DNA of 44,989 bases from a virus (lineage: Duplodnaviria; Caudoviricetes). Positions within the stretch are counted from its first letter, which is position 1. Each line of letters starts with the position of its first letter. The notes under the pieces are model-generated. The model was not told the DNA's origin, did not search any database, and saw only the letters and a program-made list of their open reading frames with translations. Position numbers and translations under genes: made by a program. Of the stretch, positions 17,250 to 25,889 are shown in pieces. The stretch is from the IMG/VR virus record IMGVR_UViG_3300017540_000270, positions 1 through 44,989 of that record; one strand, written 5' to 3'.

Positions 17250-18940
17250 GTCAGGAGCCTCCTGAGGGCTTCGTCGTCACGGGTGACTTCCTCCAGCCGA
17301 TCGCCCTTCGCGGCGAGTGCGTCCAGCACGCCCTCCTCGACGGTGCCAGGGGCCACCAGGTCGAAGATGCGAATGGAGTCGTGCTCCTCGGCTCCAGGTC
17401 TGTGCACGCGGTCTTCGGCCTGGCGGTTCTGCACCAGCGACCAGGACCGCTGCAGGAAGACGAGGTTGCGCGCTCGGGTAAGGGTGATGCCCTCCGAGCC
17501 GGCGCCGAGCGTGCAGAGGATGACCCGCGCGTGGCCACCCTGGAACGACCGGATGGCCCAGTCCCGCTCGGTGTCGTTCTCCGAGCCGGTCACGCGCACG
17601 TGACTGATGCCGCGCTTGACTAGCCGCGCGTCGGCCAGGTCGATCAGCTGGCGGCTCGCGGCGAACACGACCACAGGCTCGTCGCCGAGGTCGGACAGGA
17701 GCTCCTCCAGCTCGTCGAGCTTCGAGGACGGCTCGCTGAGCAGGGCCTGGTCTCCGTCCACCTCGAGGTAGGCGCTGGCAAGCTGCGCGAGGCGGGTGAG
17801 CTCGGTGAGCGAGTCGGTGACGACGAGGCTGCCGCTGTCGAGCCGAGCGAGCATGTCGCCCTTGAGCTCCTTGTAGGCCTTGGCCTGCTTGGGCGTCATC
17901 TCGACGTCTCGGCGGATGTAGACCTTCTCGGGCAGGTCGCGCAAGACGATGGCCTTGCTCCGCCGCAGGAACCGCGGGTCGGCGATCCTGAAGAACTCCT
18001 CGCGGCGCTCTGGCCGGATGCCGATGACGTCGACGCCACCGAAGGCGTTCCACGCGGTGAGGCAGTAGCGGTCGATGAACTTCGTCTTGGACGGCCACTC
18101 GTCCGGCGCCACGAAGTGAAGCAACGCCCAGAAGTCACCGGGGTGGTTGGCGATCGGTGTGCCGGTCAGCGCGTACCGTCGCTCGGCCGACTCGCCGATG
18201 GCCCACAGCGCGCGCGTCTGCTTGCTCTTGGGTTCCTTGGCCCGGTGCGCCTCGTCGGCGACGACGGCAGCCCAGGGTCGGTTCAGCTCGCCCGGTTCCT
18301 TGTCCTTGTCCTCCAGGCGGATGTTGCCGTAGCCCGCGATGCGCGAGTGCAGGCGCAGCGCCTCCCAGTGGATGATGTACACGTCGGCTGGCTCAGCGAG
18401 GAGCTTGCGCCGCTGTGGCGCGTTGCCGGTCACGACGATGACCTTGCGGTGCGGCGCCCAGCGCTCGTACTCGCGGGCCCACGAGCCCTTCACCGACTTC
18501 GGGGTGACCACGAGCGCCGGGTAGGCGTCTGCGTCCTCGAGGGTCATGATCGTCTGCACCGTCTTGCCGGTGCCCATCTCATCGCCCAGGATCGCAGAGC
18601 CGGCTAGGCGCAGGAACGAGACGCCGGCACGCTGGTAGCCGTACAGCCGCTGGTCACCCGGCATGTCACTCTCGGGGTCCATCGCGTAGTCACGAGCGAG
18701 CATGGCCGGCGCCACGCGCTCGTTGAGCTCTCTGTAGCCCCACGCCTCCAGCTCGGGGCCGAGCTCCAGCCGCTCGCCGAACACGCCACGCAGCTGCAAG
18801 CAGTGGGCCCAGGTGAGCGGCACGGACCACATGCGCGAGGCACCATCGAACTTCGAGCCGGGGATGCCGCGGATGAGGTCCTTGTCGCGGTACTCCGTCT
18901 CGACCGTGATGCGACCGTTGAAGATCTCAGCACGGGGCAC
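17246..18940 (-). CDS. SNF2-family helicase
   Basis: DEMGTGKT, DEAH, LTGTP, QAEDRVHR. Confidence 0.93.
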   Translation of the reverse strand: MPRAEIFNGRITVETEYRDKDLIRGIPGSKFDGASRMWSVPLTWAHCLQLRGVFGERLELGPELEAWGYRELNERVAPAMLARDYAMDPESDMPGDQRLYGYQRAGVSFLRLAGSAILGDEMGTGKTVQTIMTLEDADAYPALVVTPKSVKGSWAREYERWAPHRKVIVVTGNAPQRRKLLAEPADVYIIHWEALRLHSRIAGYGNIRLEDKDKEPGELNRPWAAVVADEAHRAKEPKSKQTRALWAIGESAERRYALTGTPIANHPGDFWALLHFVAPDEWPSKTKFIDRYCLTAWNAFGGVDVIGIRPERREEFFRIADPRFLRRSKAIVLRDLPEKVYIRRDVEMTPKQAKAYKELKGDMLARLDSGSLVVTDSLTELTRLAQLASAYLEVDGDQALLSEPSSKLDELEELLSDLGDEPVVVFAASRQLIDLADARLVKRGISHVRVTGSENDTERDWAIRSFQGGHARVILCTLGAGSEGITLTRARNLVFLQRSWSLVQNRQAEDRVHRPGAEEHDSIRIFDLVAPGTVEEGVLDALAAKGDRLEEVTRDDEALRRLLT

Positions 18941-19356
18941 TACAGCTCCTCCGGTCGGATCAGGCCGTTGCGCACGGCGAAGACGACGTAGTGACGCGCG
19001 GCGTCTCGCGCGTGGTCCTTGCCTGGCAGGTAGAGGCCGAGCTTCTTCAGGCGATCGTCAGTCGCGAAGTTCTTGGCGTCGCCTGGCTTCTGCTCGACGA
19101 GCTCGCAGCCGAAGACATGGGCAGCGAACCGGAGCACCCCGATCACGTGGATGGCGTCGGACTCGCGCGCCTTGCGCAAGGTCTGCGCCGTGATCGTGAA
19201 CTTCTCGTAGACGATCGTGAGGTCGCTCTCGTACCGACGCGCCCAAGCCCACGCGTCCTCGCAGAACTGCATGGCCGGCAGCTGGTCGTTGTACTGCTCG
19301 TATTCGAGGTCCGCGAAGTAGCCCGTGCACTTGCCGGGGTCAACGGTCAGGATCAT
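18940..19356 (-). CDS. RuvC-like Holliday junction resolvase
   Basis: ILTVDPG..TG, IVYE, HARDAARH. Confidence 0.8.
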   Translation of the reverse strand: MILTVDPGKCTGYFADLEYEQYNDQLPAMQFCEDAWAWARRYESDLTIVYEKFTITAQTLRKARESDAIHVIGVLRFAAHVFGCELVEQKPGDAKNFATDDRLKKLGLYLPGKDHARDAARHYVVFAVRNGLIRPEEL

Positions 19357-19505
19357 GAGTCGCGCAGCTCCTCCAGGTGTCTCCGGCAGAACGGAAGCTC
19401 GTCGTCCTCGGCCGGCTCGTAGCACATGTCGAACGCGCACTTGCCTTCCTTGACCCAGTGCGGCGAGCGCAGGCCCATCGCGGGCGCGGCAGCCGGGAAC
19501 CTCAC
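19353..19505 (-). CDS. Small Cys/His protein (50 aa, not in ORF track)
   Basis: GTGA and ATGA overlaps; KCAFDMC...PFCRRH. Confidence 0.55.
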   Translation of the reverse strand: MRFPAAAPAMGLRSPHWVKEGKCAFDMCYEPAEDDELPFCRRHLEELRDS

Positions 19506-21226
19506 TTCAGGTCCCCCCACCGCTGGCCCGTGTGAGAGTCCGCGAGGATCGGCACGGCGAACGTCTCGTGGTCCTGCATGACCTCGAGGACCGTCGCGTG
19601 TACGTCTGTCACGATATCCTCCGGCACGTCGAAGATCACCTCGTCGTGGACCGGGAGCACCAGGTACTCGGCAGCACCCGCCGCGTCGAGGTCCACCAGC
19701 ACCTGCTTGAAGATGTCCGCCGCGGTGCCCTGGATGATCGCGTTGACAAGCTTGTACTCCTTGCCGGGTGGCACGATTTGCCGGCGCCCGTAGAGCGTCG
19801 ACGCGTAGGCGATGCCCTCGGTCGTCAGGCGCTCCTTGGCCTTGCGCTCGACCTCGTTCTGCAGGCGGCGCAGGCCCGGGTAGGTCTGGTCCATCATCGT
19901 GAGGAACTGCCGCGCCTCGCCCTCCGTGATGCCGGCCGTGCGAGCGAACTGCGCGACGCCCGCGCCGTAGCCCTTGGCGTACACGGCGTTCTTCGTGGTC
20001 TGGCGGCGCGGGTCGGACTTCTCGATCGTCGGGTCGCCGTAGATCTGCCGCGCCATCTGGGTGAAGAAGTCGCCCTCCGACAGGAACGCAGCGATCAGTC
20101 CCTCGTCACCGGAGTAGTGAGTCAGGAGCCGGGCCTCGATCTGCTCGAAGTCGGCGCCGAGCATGACGTGACCATCGCTGGCGATGAACGCGTCGCGCAC
20201 CAGCCGGCCGCGCGGGAGTGTCTGCAGGGCCGGGTCGGTGACGCTCATCCGGCCGGTCACAGCTCCGAGCGGGCGCACGGACGGATGCACGCGGTCGTTC
20301 GCGTCGGACATCTCGATGAAGTTGCGGAAGTAGCTGTTGGCCCACTTCTCCGCGCGGCGGACCTTGAGCGCCGTCTCGGCGAGTGGGTGGCTGATGCCGC
20401 TCAGCACCTCATCGTCGAGCTTCCAGTTGCCGGACGGTGTGCGCTCGGTGAGGACCACGCCTGCCCGGAGCAGGGCAGCGGCGAGCCGCTTGCCGGAAGG
20501 CGCCGCGTCGTGCTCCTCCATCCACTGCCGCGCCTTGCGAGCGAACTCGTGCAGCTCGTCGTGCTTCTGGTGGCAGTACTCCAGGTCGACGCGCACGCCG
20601 CGGCGCTCCATGTCGAGGAGCACGAGGTTGCAGGCGATCTCCAGGTCGTACACCCGGTGGAACTGCGCACGGACCTGTGGCGCCAGCGCCTCGTACACGT
20701 AGGCGGTGAGCACCGGGTCCAACGCGGAGTAGTGCCAGAAGCCGCCGAAGTCGATCGGCACGGTGCCCCACGTCCAGCCGGCCTGCGCCATTGCCTTCTT
20801 GAGCTCGGTTTGGCCGGCGCCCGCGTCGGGGTCGACGTGCCGGCGTGCCACTTCCTTGAGGGCGATCCGGTCGTGCGGCTCCAGCAGGTGGGCCATGACG
20901 CTGGTGTCGTGGACCTTGTGCCGCTTCACCTGGCAGCCGGCCACCTCGAGGAAGTGCAGGTCGAACTTCATGTTGTGGAAGGCGAGCTCGCCGTCGTACT
21001 TGCGGAAGATCTCACGTACGAGCGCGGGCCAGTCCTCCCACGGGATTGCCCACCCCTCGTGCGTGTCGCCGAACTGGACGAGCCTTAGGCGCTCCCGCCA
21101 CCAGCCGAAACCGGAGGTCTCCGTGTCGACCGCCAGCACGTTGCGGCGCTCGCCGAGCCAGCGCATGAGATCCTGGGCGTCGTCCCAGGTCTCCACGAGG
21201 TTGAGGCTGAGGTCGTCAGGCAGCAC
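19502..21226 (-). CDS. Family A DNA polymerase with 3'-5' exonuclease
   Basis: DTET, HNMKFD, YSALD; DFEQIEAR, KNAVYAKGYG, VHDE. Confidence 0.96.
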   Translation of the reverse strand: MLPDDLSLNLVETWDDAQDLMRWLGERRNVLAVDTETSGFGWWRERLRLVQFGDTHEGWAIPWEDWPALVREIFRKYDGELAFHNMKFDLHFLEVAGCQVKRHKVHDTSVMAHLLEPHDRIALKEVARRHVDPDAGAGQTELKKAMAQAGWTWGTVPIDFGGFWHYSALDPVLTAYVYEALAPQVRAQFHRVYDLEIACNLVLLDMERRGVRVDLEYCHQKHDELHEFARKARQWMEEHDAAPSGKRLAAALLRAGVVLTERTPSGNWKLDDEVLSGISHPLAETALKVRRAEKWANSYFRNFIEMSDANDRVHPSVRPLGAVTGRMSVTDPALQTLPRGRLVRDAFIASDGHVMLGADFEQIEARLLTHYSGDEGLIAAFLSEGDFFTQMARQIYGDPTIEKSDPRRQTTKNAVYAKGYGAGVAQFARTAGITEGEARQFLTMMDQTYPGLRRLQNEVERKAKERLTTEGIAYASTLYGRRQIVPPGKEYKLVNAIIQGTAADIFKQVLVDLDAAGAAEYLVLPVHDEVIFDVPEDIVTDVHATVLEVMQDHETFAVPILADSHTGQRWGDLK

Positions 21227-22052
21227 TGCTGAGGACGTACGGGTTCAGGTGCCGGGTGTAGAACGCGTTGTGGACCGGGCTGTTCGCCTCGACGTCTCCC
21301 TTCAGGTGCCGGCGCGCGACCGCCATCGCCGACACCATGTCCGGCCCGCGGAAGCCCTCGACGCGCTCCGGCTTGGGCGCGTCATGGATGAAGTAGAGCT
21401 CTTGTGCCGCGGCCGTGTCCCGCAGGTAGAAGTGCAGGCTGTTCGCGTGGTGGTAGTAGCGGCCGGCTTCGATCCCGAGCACGTTGGCGACGGTGATCTG
21501 CAGCTGCGTGAACTGGAAGGCGTCGTAGGCGAGGCCCCACCACACATCGTTCGACCGCATGTGCGTGTGGGCTTCGAGCCGCCCGTCGCGGATGAAGTAC
21601 TGCAGCGAGATCGTGCACGGATAGTCGCTCAGCCCCTCGGTGAACGTGTCACGCACCGGGTCCCAGAGGACCACGATCGCCTGCCGCGTGTGCGGGTCGA
21701 GCTTGAGCCGCTGCACGACGGCCGGCAGCTGCGCACGCACCCGTGGCCCGTACGCGCCGTGGAAGGTGCCGTCGTCGCGGAAGCGGTCGAAGTTGCGCGT
21801 GATCCGCACCATGAGGTCGGGGTAGGAGACGCCCCCGATCAGCTGCGCGGCCTCGGCCGCGGCGATCGACGGGTTGAGCTTGCGCCCGACTCCGACCGGC
21901 AGCGCGTCGTACGGGTCTTCGAGGATGATCGTCGCGCCCTGGACCTCGAGGGTCGGCTGCCCTCGCGGGGCGACCTCCTCGCCCCAGAGGCGGACGTGCT
22001 CGACGATGCGCACGTAGCCGTCGCGCATGTTCGTCACGTGGATGTCGTGCAC
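21216..22052 (-). CDS. Thymidylate synthase-family enzyme, dCMP hydroxymethylase/methylase type
   Basis: AYGPR, TRQA, PCT, MRSNDVWWGLAYD (Asp at the ThyA Asn177 position), SLHFY; GTG at 22052. Confidence 0.85.
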   Translation of the reverse strand: MHDIHVTNMRDGYVRIVEHVRLWGEEVAPRGQPTLEVQGATIILEDPYDALPVGVGRKLNPSIAAAEAAQLIGGVSYPDLMVRITRNFDRFRDDGTFHGAYGPRVRAQLPAVVQRLKLDPHTRQAIVVLWDPVRDTFTEGLSDYPCTISLQYFIRDGRLEAHTHMRSNDVWWGLAYDAFQFTQLQITVANVLGIEAGRYYHHANSLHFYLRDTAAAQELYFIHDAPKPERVEGFRGPDMVSAMAVARRHLKGDVEANSPVHNAFYTRHLNPYVLSSAA

Positions 22053-22552
22053 AACACCTTCCCTTCGTGCTCGCGTGCGAAGTCGATGACCTCCCACGCA
22101 GGCGTCTCCATGCCGACGAGCGACCGGATCACCGGCAGTCGCGTCTTGGTGGCCATGTCGTCCCAGGCCCTGATCTCCTGGCGGAAGGTCGGATGGACCT
22201 CCTCGCCGCGGTCCTGCAGCCGCTGGATGAGCTGCCTGGTGGTTCCGGTGCAGAGCACGACCACCGCGCCGCGCTCTGTCAGGTACTCCTCGACGGCAGC
22301 GAACTGCGTCTCGGTGAGGCCAGCCTTCCCTCGGTAGAGGGGGCCGTAGATCATCTCGCCGAGGTGCCAGCGATCGCAGACGAGACCAGCGGAGTTGTCG
22401 CACAGGGCGTCCTCGACCGGATACGTGTACTCGATCATCGGATGCCACACGGGCTTGCTGGCGTGGCGGTACCACGCCCCCGTCGCAGCGACGATCTTCT
22501 TGGCGAGCGTCGTCTTGCCTGCGCCGTCTGGCCCCTCGACGATGATGAGCAT
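22034..22552 (-). CDS. dNMP (thymidylate-kinase-like) kinase
   Basis: IIVEGPDGAGKTT, CDRWHLGEMIYG. Confidence 0.88.
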   Translation of the reverse strand: MLIIVEGPDGAGKTTLAKKIVAATGAWYRHASKPVWHPMIEYTYPVEDALCDNSAGLVCDRWHLGEMIYGPLYRGKAGLTETQFAAVEEYLTERGAVVVLCTGTTRQLIQRLQDRGEEVHPTFRQEIRAWDDMATKTRLPVIRSLVGMETPAWEVIDFAREHEGKVLCTTST

Positions 22553-22767
22553 CAGGCGGTCTGCTCGTCCGCGGCCTTCTGGACGGCGAGGCTGATGTTC
22601 TGGACCGTGCCAGCGACGCTCTTGGCGTCGATGTGTGCCTCACCGAGCACGTAGGCGATCGCGACGCCGGCAGCCTCGACGTAGTTCTTGCTGGCCAGCA
22701 GGCCGGTGACCGCGCTGACGGTCACGAGGAACTTCCGGCTCGAGAAGCGCTGAATGAGGTCCTTCAC
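22552..22767 (-). CDS. Putative holin
   Basis: RFSSRKFLV followed by two short hydrophobic helices (AYVLGEA). Confidence 0.6.
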   Translation of the reverse strand: MKDLIQRFSSRKFLVTVSAVTGLLASKNYVEAAGVAIAYVLGEAHIDAKSVAGTVQNISLAVQKAADEQTA

Positions 22768-23474
22768 TTGATCTCCTTGTCGTCGGCGCGCTCGATGTCG
22801 AGCGCGAGGCGGATGACCGCGTAGGCGGCGCGGTCGAGCACCGTGTCCTCCACGGCCTCGTTCTGCGGCTCGCTGCCTCGCACGCGCAGCGAGCGGAGGC
22901 GGGCCTGCTTGACCGCGATCAGCGTCTCGGCGACCTCTTGTGGCCGCTCGAATCCCATCTGATCAGCGACGTCCTCGAAGTTGGAGGACCAGCTGCGTCC
23001 GTCGGAGTAGTCAGCGTTCTTCTTCTCGAAGATGGAGCGGACGCGCTGGAGCGCGCGGTCCACGGCGGGCGGGACGGTGCTCGACGGCTCCGGCTCCGGC
23101 TCGATCGGGAAGCGATCGCCGCTGCGGGTGTACCCCCAGACGGGGACCTGTCTGAACAGAGCGCTCACATCGCGGAAGACCGGGATGCCGAGGTCGTGCG
23201 CGAGCTCCACCTCGCGGTCGGCGCCCGCCGACTCGCCTGGCATGCGCAGCACGGCGTCCGAGGCAGCGACCCACGCGAGGTCGAGCTGCATCCACGACTC
23301 GTACGTGTTCGCCTGGTGCTGCGTGTGCCAGTAGTGCGTCAGGTGCGGGACGAACGGGGCGTAGCCCATGTCCAGCAGCGTCTGACCAGCAGCGATGGCG
23401 CGCGCCGTGCCGCCCTCGGGGTCGGAGGAGTACGGACCGGACACGTAGATGCGCGTCCGCGTGACAGCTGACAT
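22764..23474 (-). CDS. Nucleoside 2-deoxyribosyltransferase-like (DUF4406/DUF1937) domain fused to a DUF1599-like helical domain
   Basis: IYVSGPY...SDAVLRMPGESAGADRE; KKNADY...NF...KQARL...EDTVLDRAAY. Confidence 0.7.
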   Translation of the reverse strand: MSAVTRTRIYVSGPYSSDPEGGTARAIAAGQTLLDMGYAPFVPHLTHYWHTQHQANTYESWMQLDLAWVAASDAVLRMPGESAGADREVELAHDLGIPVFRDVSALFRQVPVWGYTRSGDRFPIEPEPEPSSTVPPAVDRALQRVRSIFEKKNADYSDGRSWSSNFEDVADQMGFERPQEVAETLIAVKQARLRSLRVRGSEPQNEAVEDTVLDRAAYAVIRLALDIERADDKEIK

Positions 23475-23505
23475 GAAGGCCCTCCCAGGCTCAATGGTGA
23501 TCGTG

Positions 23506-23525
23506 CGTCACACTATACCATGACG
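23506..23525 (-). promoter_or_regulatory. Conserved promoter/operator motif copy
   Basis: Minus strand CGTCAT-GGTATAGT-GTGACG, heading the nucleotide/replication operon. Confidence 0.7.
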
Positions 23526-23530
23526 CTCAT

Positions 23531-24571
23531 TCAGTCGGCGAACACGGGTAGCCGCTGGACGACGCCGTTCTCCGGCGTGACGAAGAAGAGCGCCTGTTGC
23601 GGGCGCTCGAAGCCGAACCCGCCGTGGCGCGCGTACTCGTCGTAGCCCTTCAGGCTGCCGTTGACCACGAAGTCACTCCCCCACAGGAGCTGGTGCCAGT
23701 GGCCGATGAGCGCGTAGTCGAAGTCGTTGCGGGTCGCCGAGTAGAGCGCGTGCTTGCGGAGCAGCCACTTGAGCAGCGAGGGGTAGAGACCGCCGACACC
23801 ACCAGAGCTGCGGAACGCGTCGCCGTGCGCAAGCAAGAACCGCGTGTCGTACACCTCAATGACCTGCTCGGGCGAGGTGCTGATGGAGAAGGTGATGCGC
23901 GGGTCGTCGCGCAGCGTGTCCGCCAGCCAGTTGTAGATGACCCAAGCGTTGCTTGACTCCGCTCGCTTCTTCGCTGGTGTCCGCTTGTACGTGCGGTCGT
24001 GGTTGCCGTCGACGGTCGGCACAAACACGCGCCCGAACTCGTCGGCCAGATGCGTCAGGGCGGACGCGAGCCGTGGCACCCAATGGACGATCGTGGCCGG
24101 CACGGGCGCCTCGTTCGTGCGGGCGAGCTCGTCGTGGATGTCGCCCGTGATGATGTCGCCCAGGAGCGGGACCACGATGCCGTCGAGGGTGAGGCCCCCC
24201 ACGTACTCCTTGGCGAGCTTGACCGTGCCGTTCACGACCTTGCGCAGCCTCGCCTCGGCGATCTCGCGGTCGTACTCGTTGAGCCCGTCCATCTCCAGGG
24301 GGTCCACCCGCTCGTCCAGGTGGAGATCGGACAGCATGAGCACCGGGGTCGCATGGTGCTCCTTGCCCGACTTCTTCGGCTTGAGCCAGGTCGGCACCTT
24401 CATGTCCTGCGGCTTCACCTGCGCGAAGCGGCTCAGGCTCCGCTCCAGCTCCTTGACCTGCTGCCACGCCTTTGCCTCGCTGCGCCTGGCCCGCTTGATC
24501 TCCTTCTCGCGCTCCGCGGCCAGCGCCTCGAGCCTGCCGATCCGGTCGTCGGGGTCAGTTGCTGTGGGCAT
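23531..24571 (-). CDS. Calcineurin-like metallophosphoesterase
   Basis: SDLH, GDIITGD, GNHDR, HGD, GHWH; N-terminal coiled coil. Confidence 0.88.
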   Translation of the reverse strand: MPTATDPDDRIGRLEALAAEREKEIKRARRSEAKAWQQVKELERSLSRFAQVKPQDMKVPTWLKPKKSGKEHHATPVLMLSDLHLDERVDPLEMDGLNEYDREIAEARLRKVVNGTVKLAKEYVGGLTLDGIVVPLLGDIITGDIHDELARTNEAPVPATIVHWVPRLASALTHLADEFGRVFVPTVDGNHDRTYKRTPAKKRAESSNAWVIYNWLADTLRDDPRITFSISTSPEQVIEVYDTRFLLAHGDAFRSSGGVGGLYPSLLKWLLRKHALYSATRNDFDYALIGHWHQLLWGSDFVVNGSLKGYDEYARHGGFGFERPQQALFFVTPENGVVQRLPVFAD

Positions 24572-24815
24572 GAAGCTCCTCATGTCGGGCGATCCACTCG
24601 CCGTGCCTGTCGACCTTCTGGTCGATTGCGATCGTCCGGGCGTCGATGGACTGCAGCAGGCTGTAGCCGCGCTGATGCTGCTCGTCGTTCTCATCGCGCA
24701 GCTCCTTGAGCGCCTGCGCATGACGTCGCTCGATCCAAGCCCCAACGATCGCCATCGATCCCGTGAGCACCGGGACCGCCAGCGCCACCAGGGACGACTC
24801 GCTCAGAGCGAACAT
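24555..24815 (-). CDS. Membrane protein (transmembrane helix plus coiled coil), possibly lysis-associated
   Basis: MFALSESSLVALAVPVLTGSMAIVGAW...IDQKVDRH. Confidence 0.65.
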   Translation of the reverse strand: MFALSESSLVALAVPVLTGSMAIVGAWIERRHAQALKELRDENDEQHQRGYSLLQSIDARTIAIDQKVDRHGEWIARHEELHAHSN

Positions 24816-24816
24816 G

Positions 24817-24836
24817 CGTCCCATTGTACTATGACG
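24817..24836 (-). promoter_or_regulatory. Conserved promoter/operator motif copy (leaderless)
   Basis: Minus strand CGTCAT-AGTACAAT-GGGACG-C-ATG. Confidence 0.7.
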
Positions 24837-24885
24837 CTCGCCCGCCGCTATGGGCGGTCGGCCGGCTACACGGTACGGTGAGAGC

Positions 24886-25302
24886 ATGGACATGCGGACC
24901 ACCGTCCAGCGCAAGACGCTGGTCGGCGCGCTGGTTGGCGCGGCGGCCATTGGCGCCGGTTTCGTGGCTCTTGTTGGCGGCGACCCGGGCGGAAATTCCA
25001 CTCGGATCAGCGACATCGACGAGACAACGACGACCGTCGAGGAGACCACCACGACTGCCGCCGAGCTGACCACGACCACCACGATCGTCGTGACGACCAC
25101 GGCGCCGACACAGCCTACTCAGGCACCAGCTCCGCCGGTCACTGTTCCGCTTGAGCAGCGCGTCGACGATCACGAGAAGCGCATCACGGAGCTGGAGGCG
25201 ACGACAACCAGCACGACCGCCGTGCAGAGTCCCACGACCACGGCGCCACCGATGCCTGTCACCACCGAGTGCGTTCCTAGCGACGTCTGGGTGTGCCAGT
25301 AG
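24886..25302 (+). CDS. Thr/Pro-rich membrane-anchored or secreted protein (moron-like)
   Basis: N-terminal signal/transmembrane helix, poly-Thr tracts; TACGGT-N6-ATG upstream; opposite strand to its neighbours. Confidence 0.7.
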   Translation: MDMRTTVQRKTLVGALVGAAAIGAGFVALVGGDPGGNSTRISDIDETTTTVEETTTTAAELTTTTTIVVTTTAPTQPTQAPAPPVTVPLEQRVDDHEKRITELEATTTSTTAVQSPTTTAPPMPVTTECVPSDVWVCQ

Positions 25303-25304
25303 CT

Positions 25305-25889
25305 TCATCGCAGGAAGTACGCGGTCGCCTTCGTCCGCACGTAGTTCTGTGAGTTCGTGCCGACTGTGACACCCACGGCTGTCGAGGCCGTCACGCTGGT
25401 AGTGAAGTGGACGCCGCGTGTAAGCGTCCGCTGGTAGTAGTCGACCTGTGTCCCCCACTCGGTGGGACCGACGTCGTCCGTCCACAGTCCCGAGGGCGGA
25501 ACGCCGTGTGCCATCGCACGCATGGCGATCGCCTGAGGCGACGCCGTGTTGTTGCGCATTTGGACGAGCGAGAAGACCTGCAGCACGACGGTCGTTGCCC
25601 ACGACGGCGGAATCAGAACGGCGATCGCCGCTTCCACGGCAGTCGTACTGAGAGACACATTCGCGGAGTCACCTTCCGTGAACGCGAAGTCGATCGCACG
25701 CACTGGTCCACCCCCCACCCAGATTCCACCCTCGGCGATGGTCAGACCGTCCTGCGACAGCCGAGTCACCTCCTCCCCCGCCTCGTTCAGGATTGAGGTG
25801 TACGGCGCACGCGGCGCCGTCTCCAGCTTGAAGATACGACGCTCCAGCTCGCGGATGTAGCTCTGCAGGTCCTCTCGGTTGATCGTCAT
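25305..25889 (-). CDS. Minor tail protein
   Basis: IRELERRIFKLET N-terminus; position after the hub gene. Confidence 0.7.
   Translation of the reverse strand: MTINREDLQSYIRELERRIFKLETAPRAPYTSILNEAGEEVTRLSQDGLTIAEGGIWVGGGPVRAIDFAFTEGDSANVSLSTTAVEAAIAVLIPPSWATTVVLQVFSLVQMRNNTASPQAIAMRAMAHGVPPSGLWTDDVGPTEWGTQVDYYQRTLTRGVHFTTSVTASTAVGVTVGTNSQNYVRTKATAYFLR

Noticed and set aside
25021-25270. ACC/ACG tandem-like repeats
   Set aside because: Explained by poly-Thr codons
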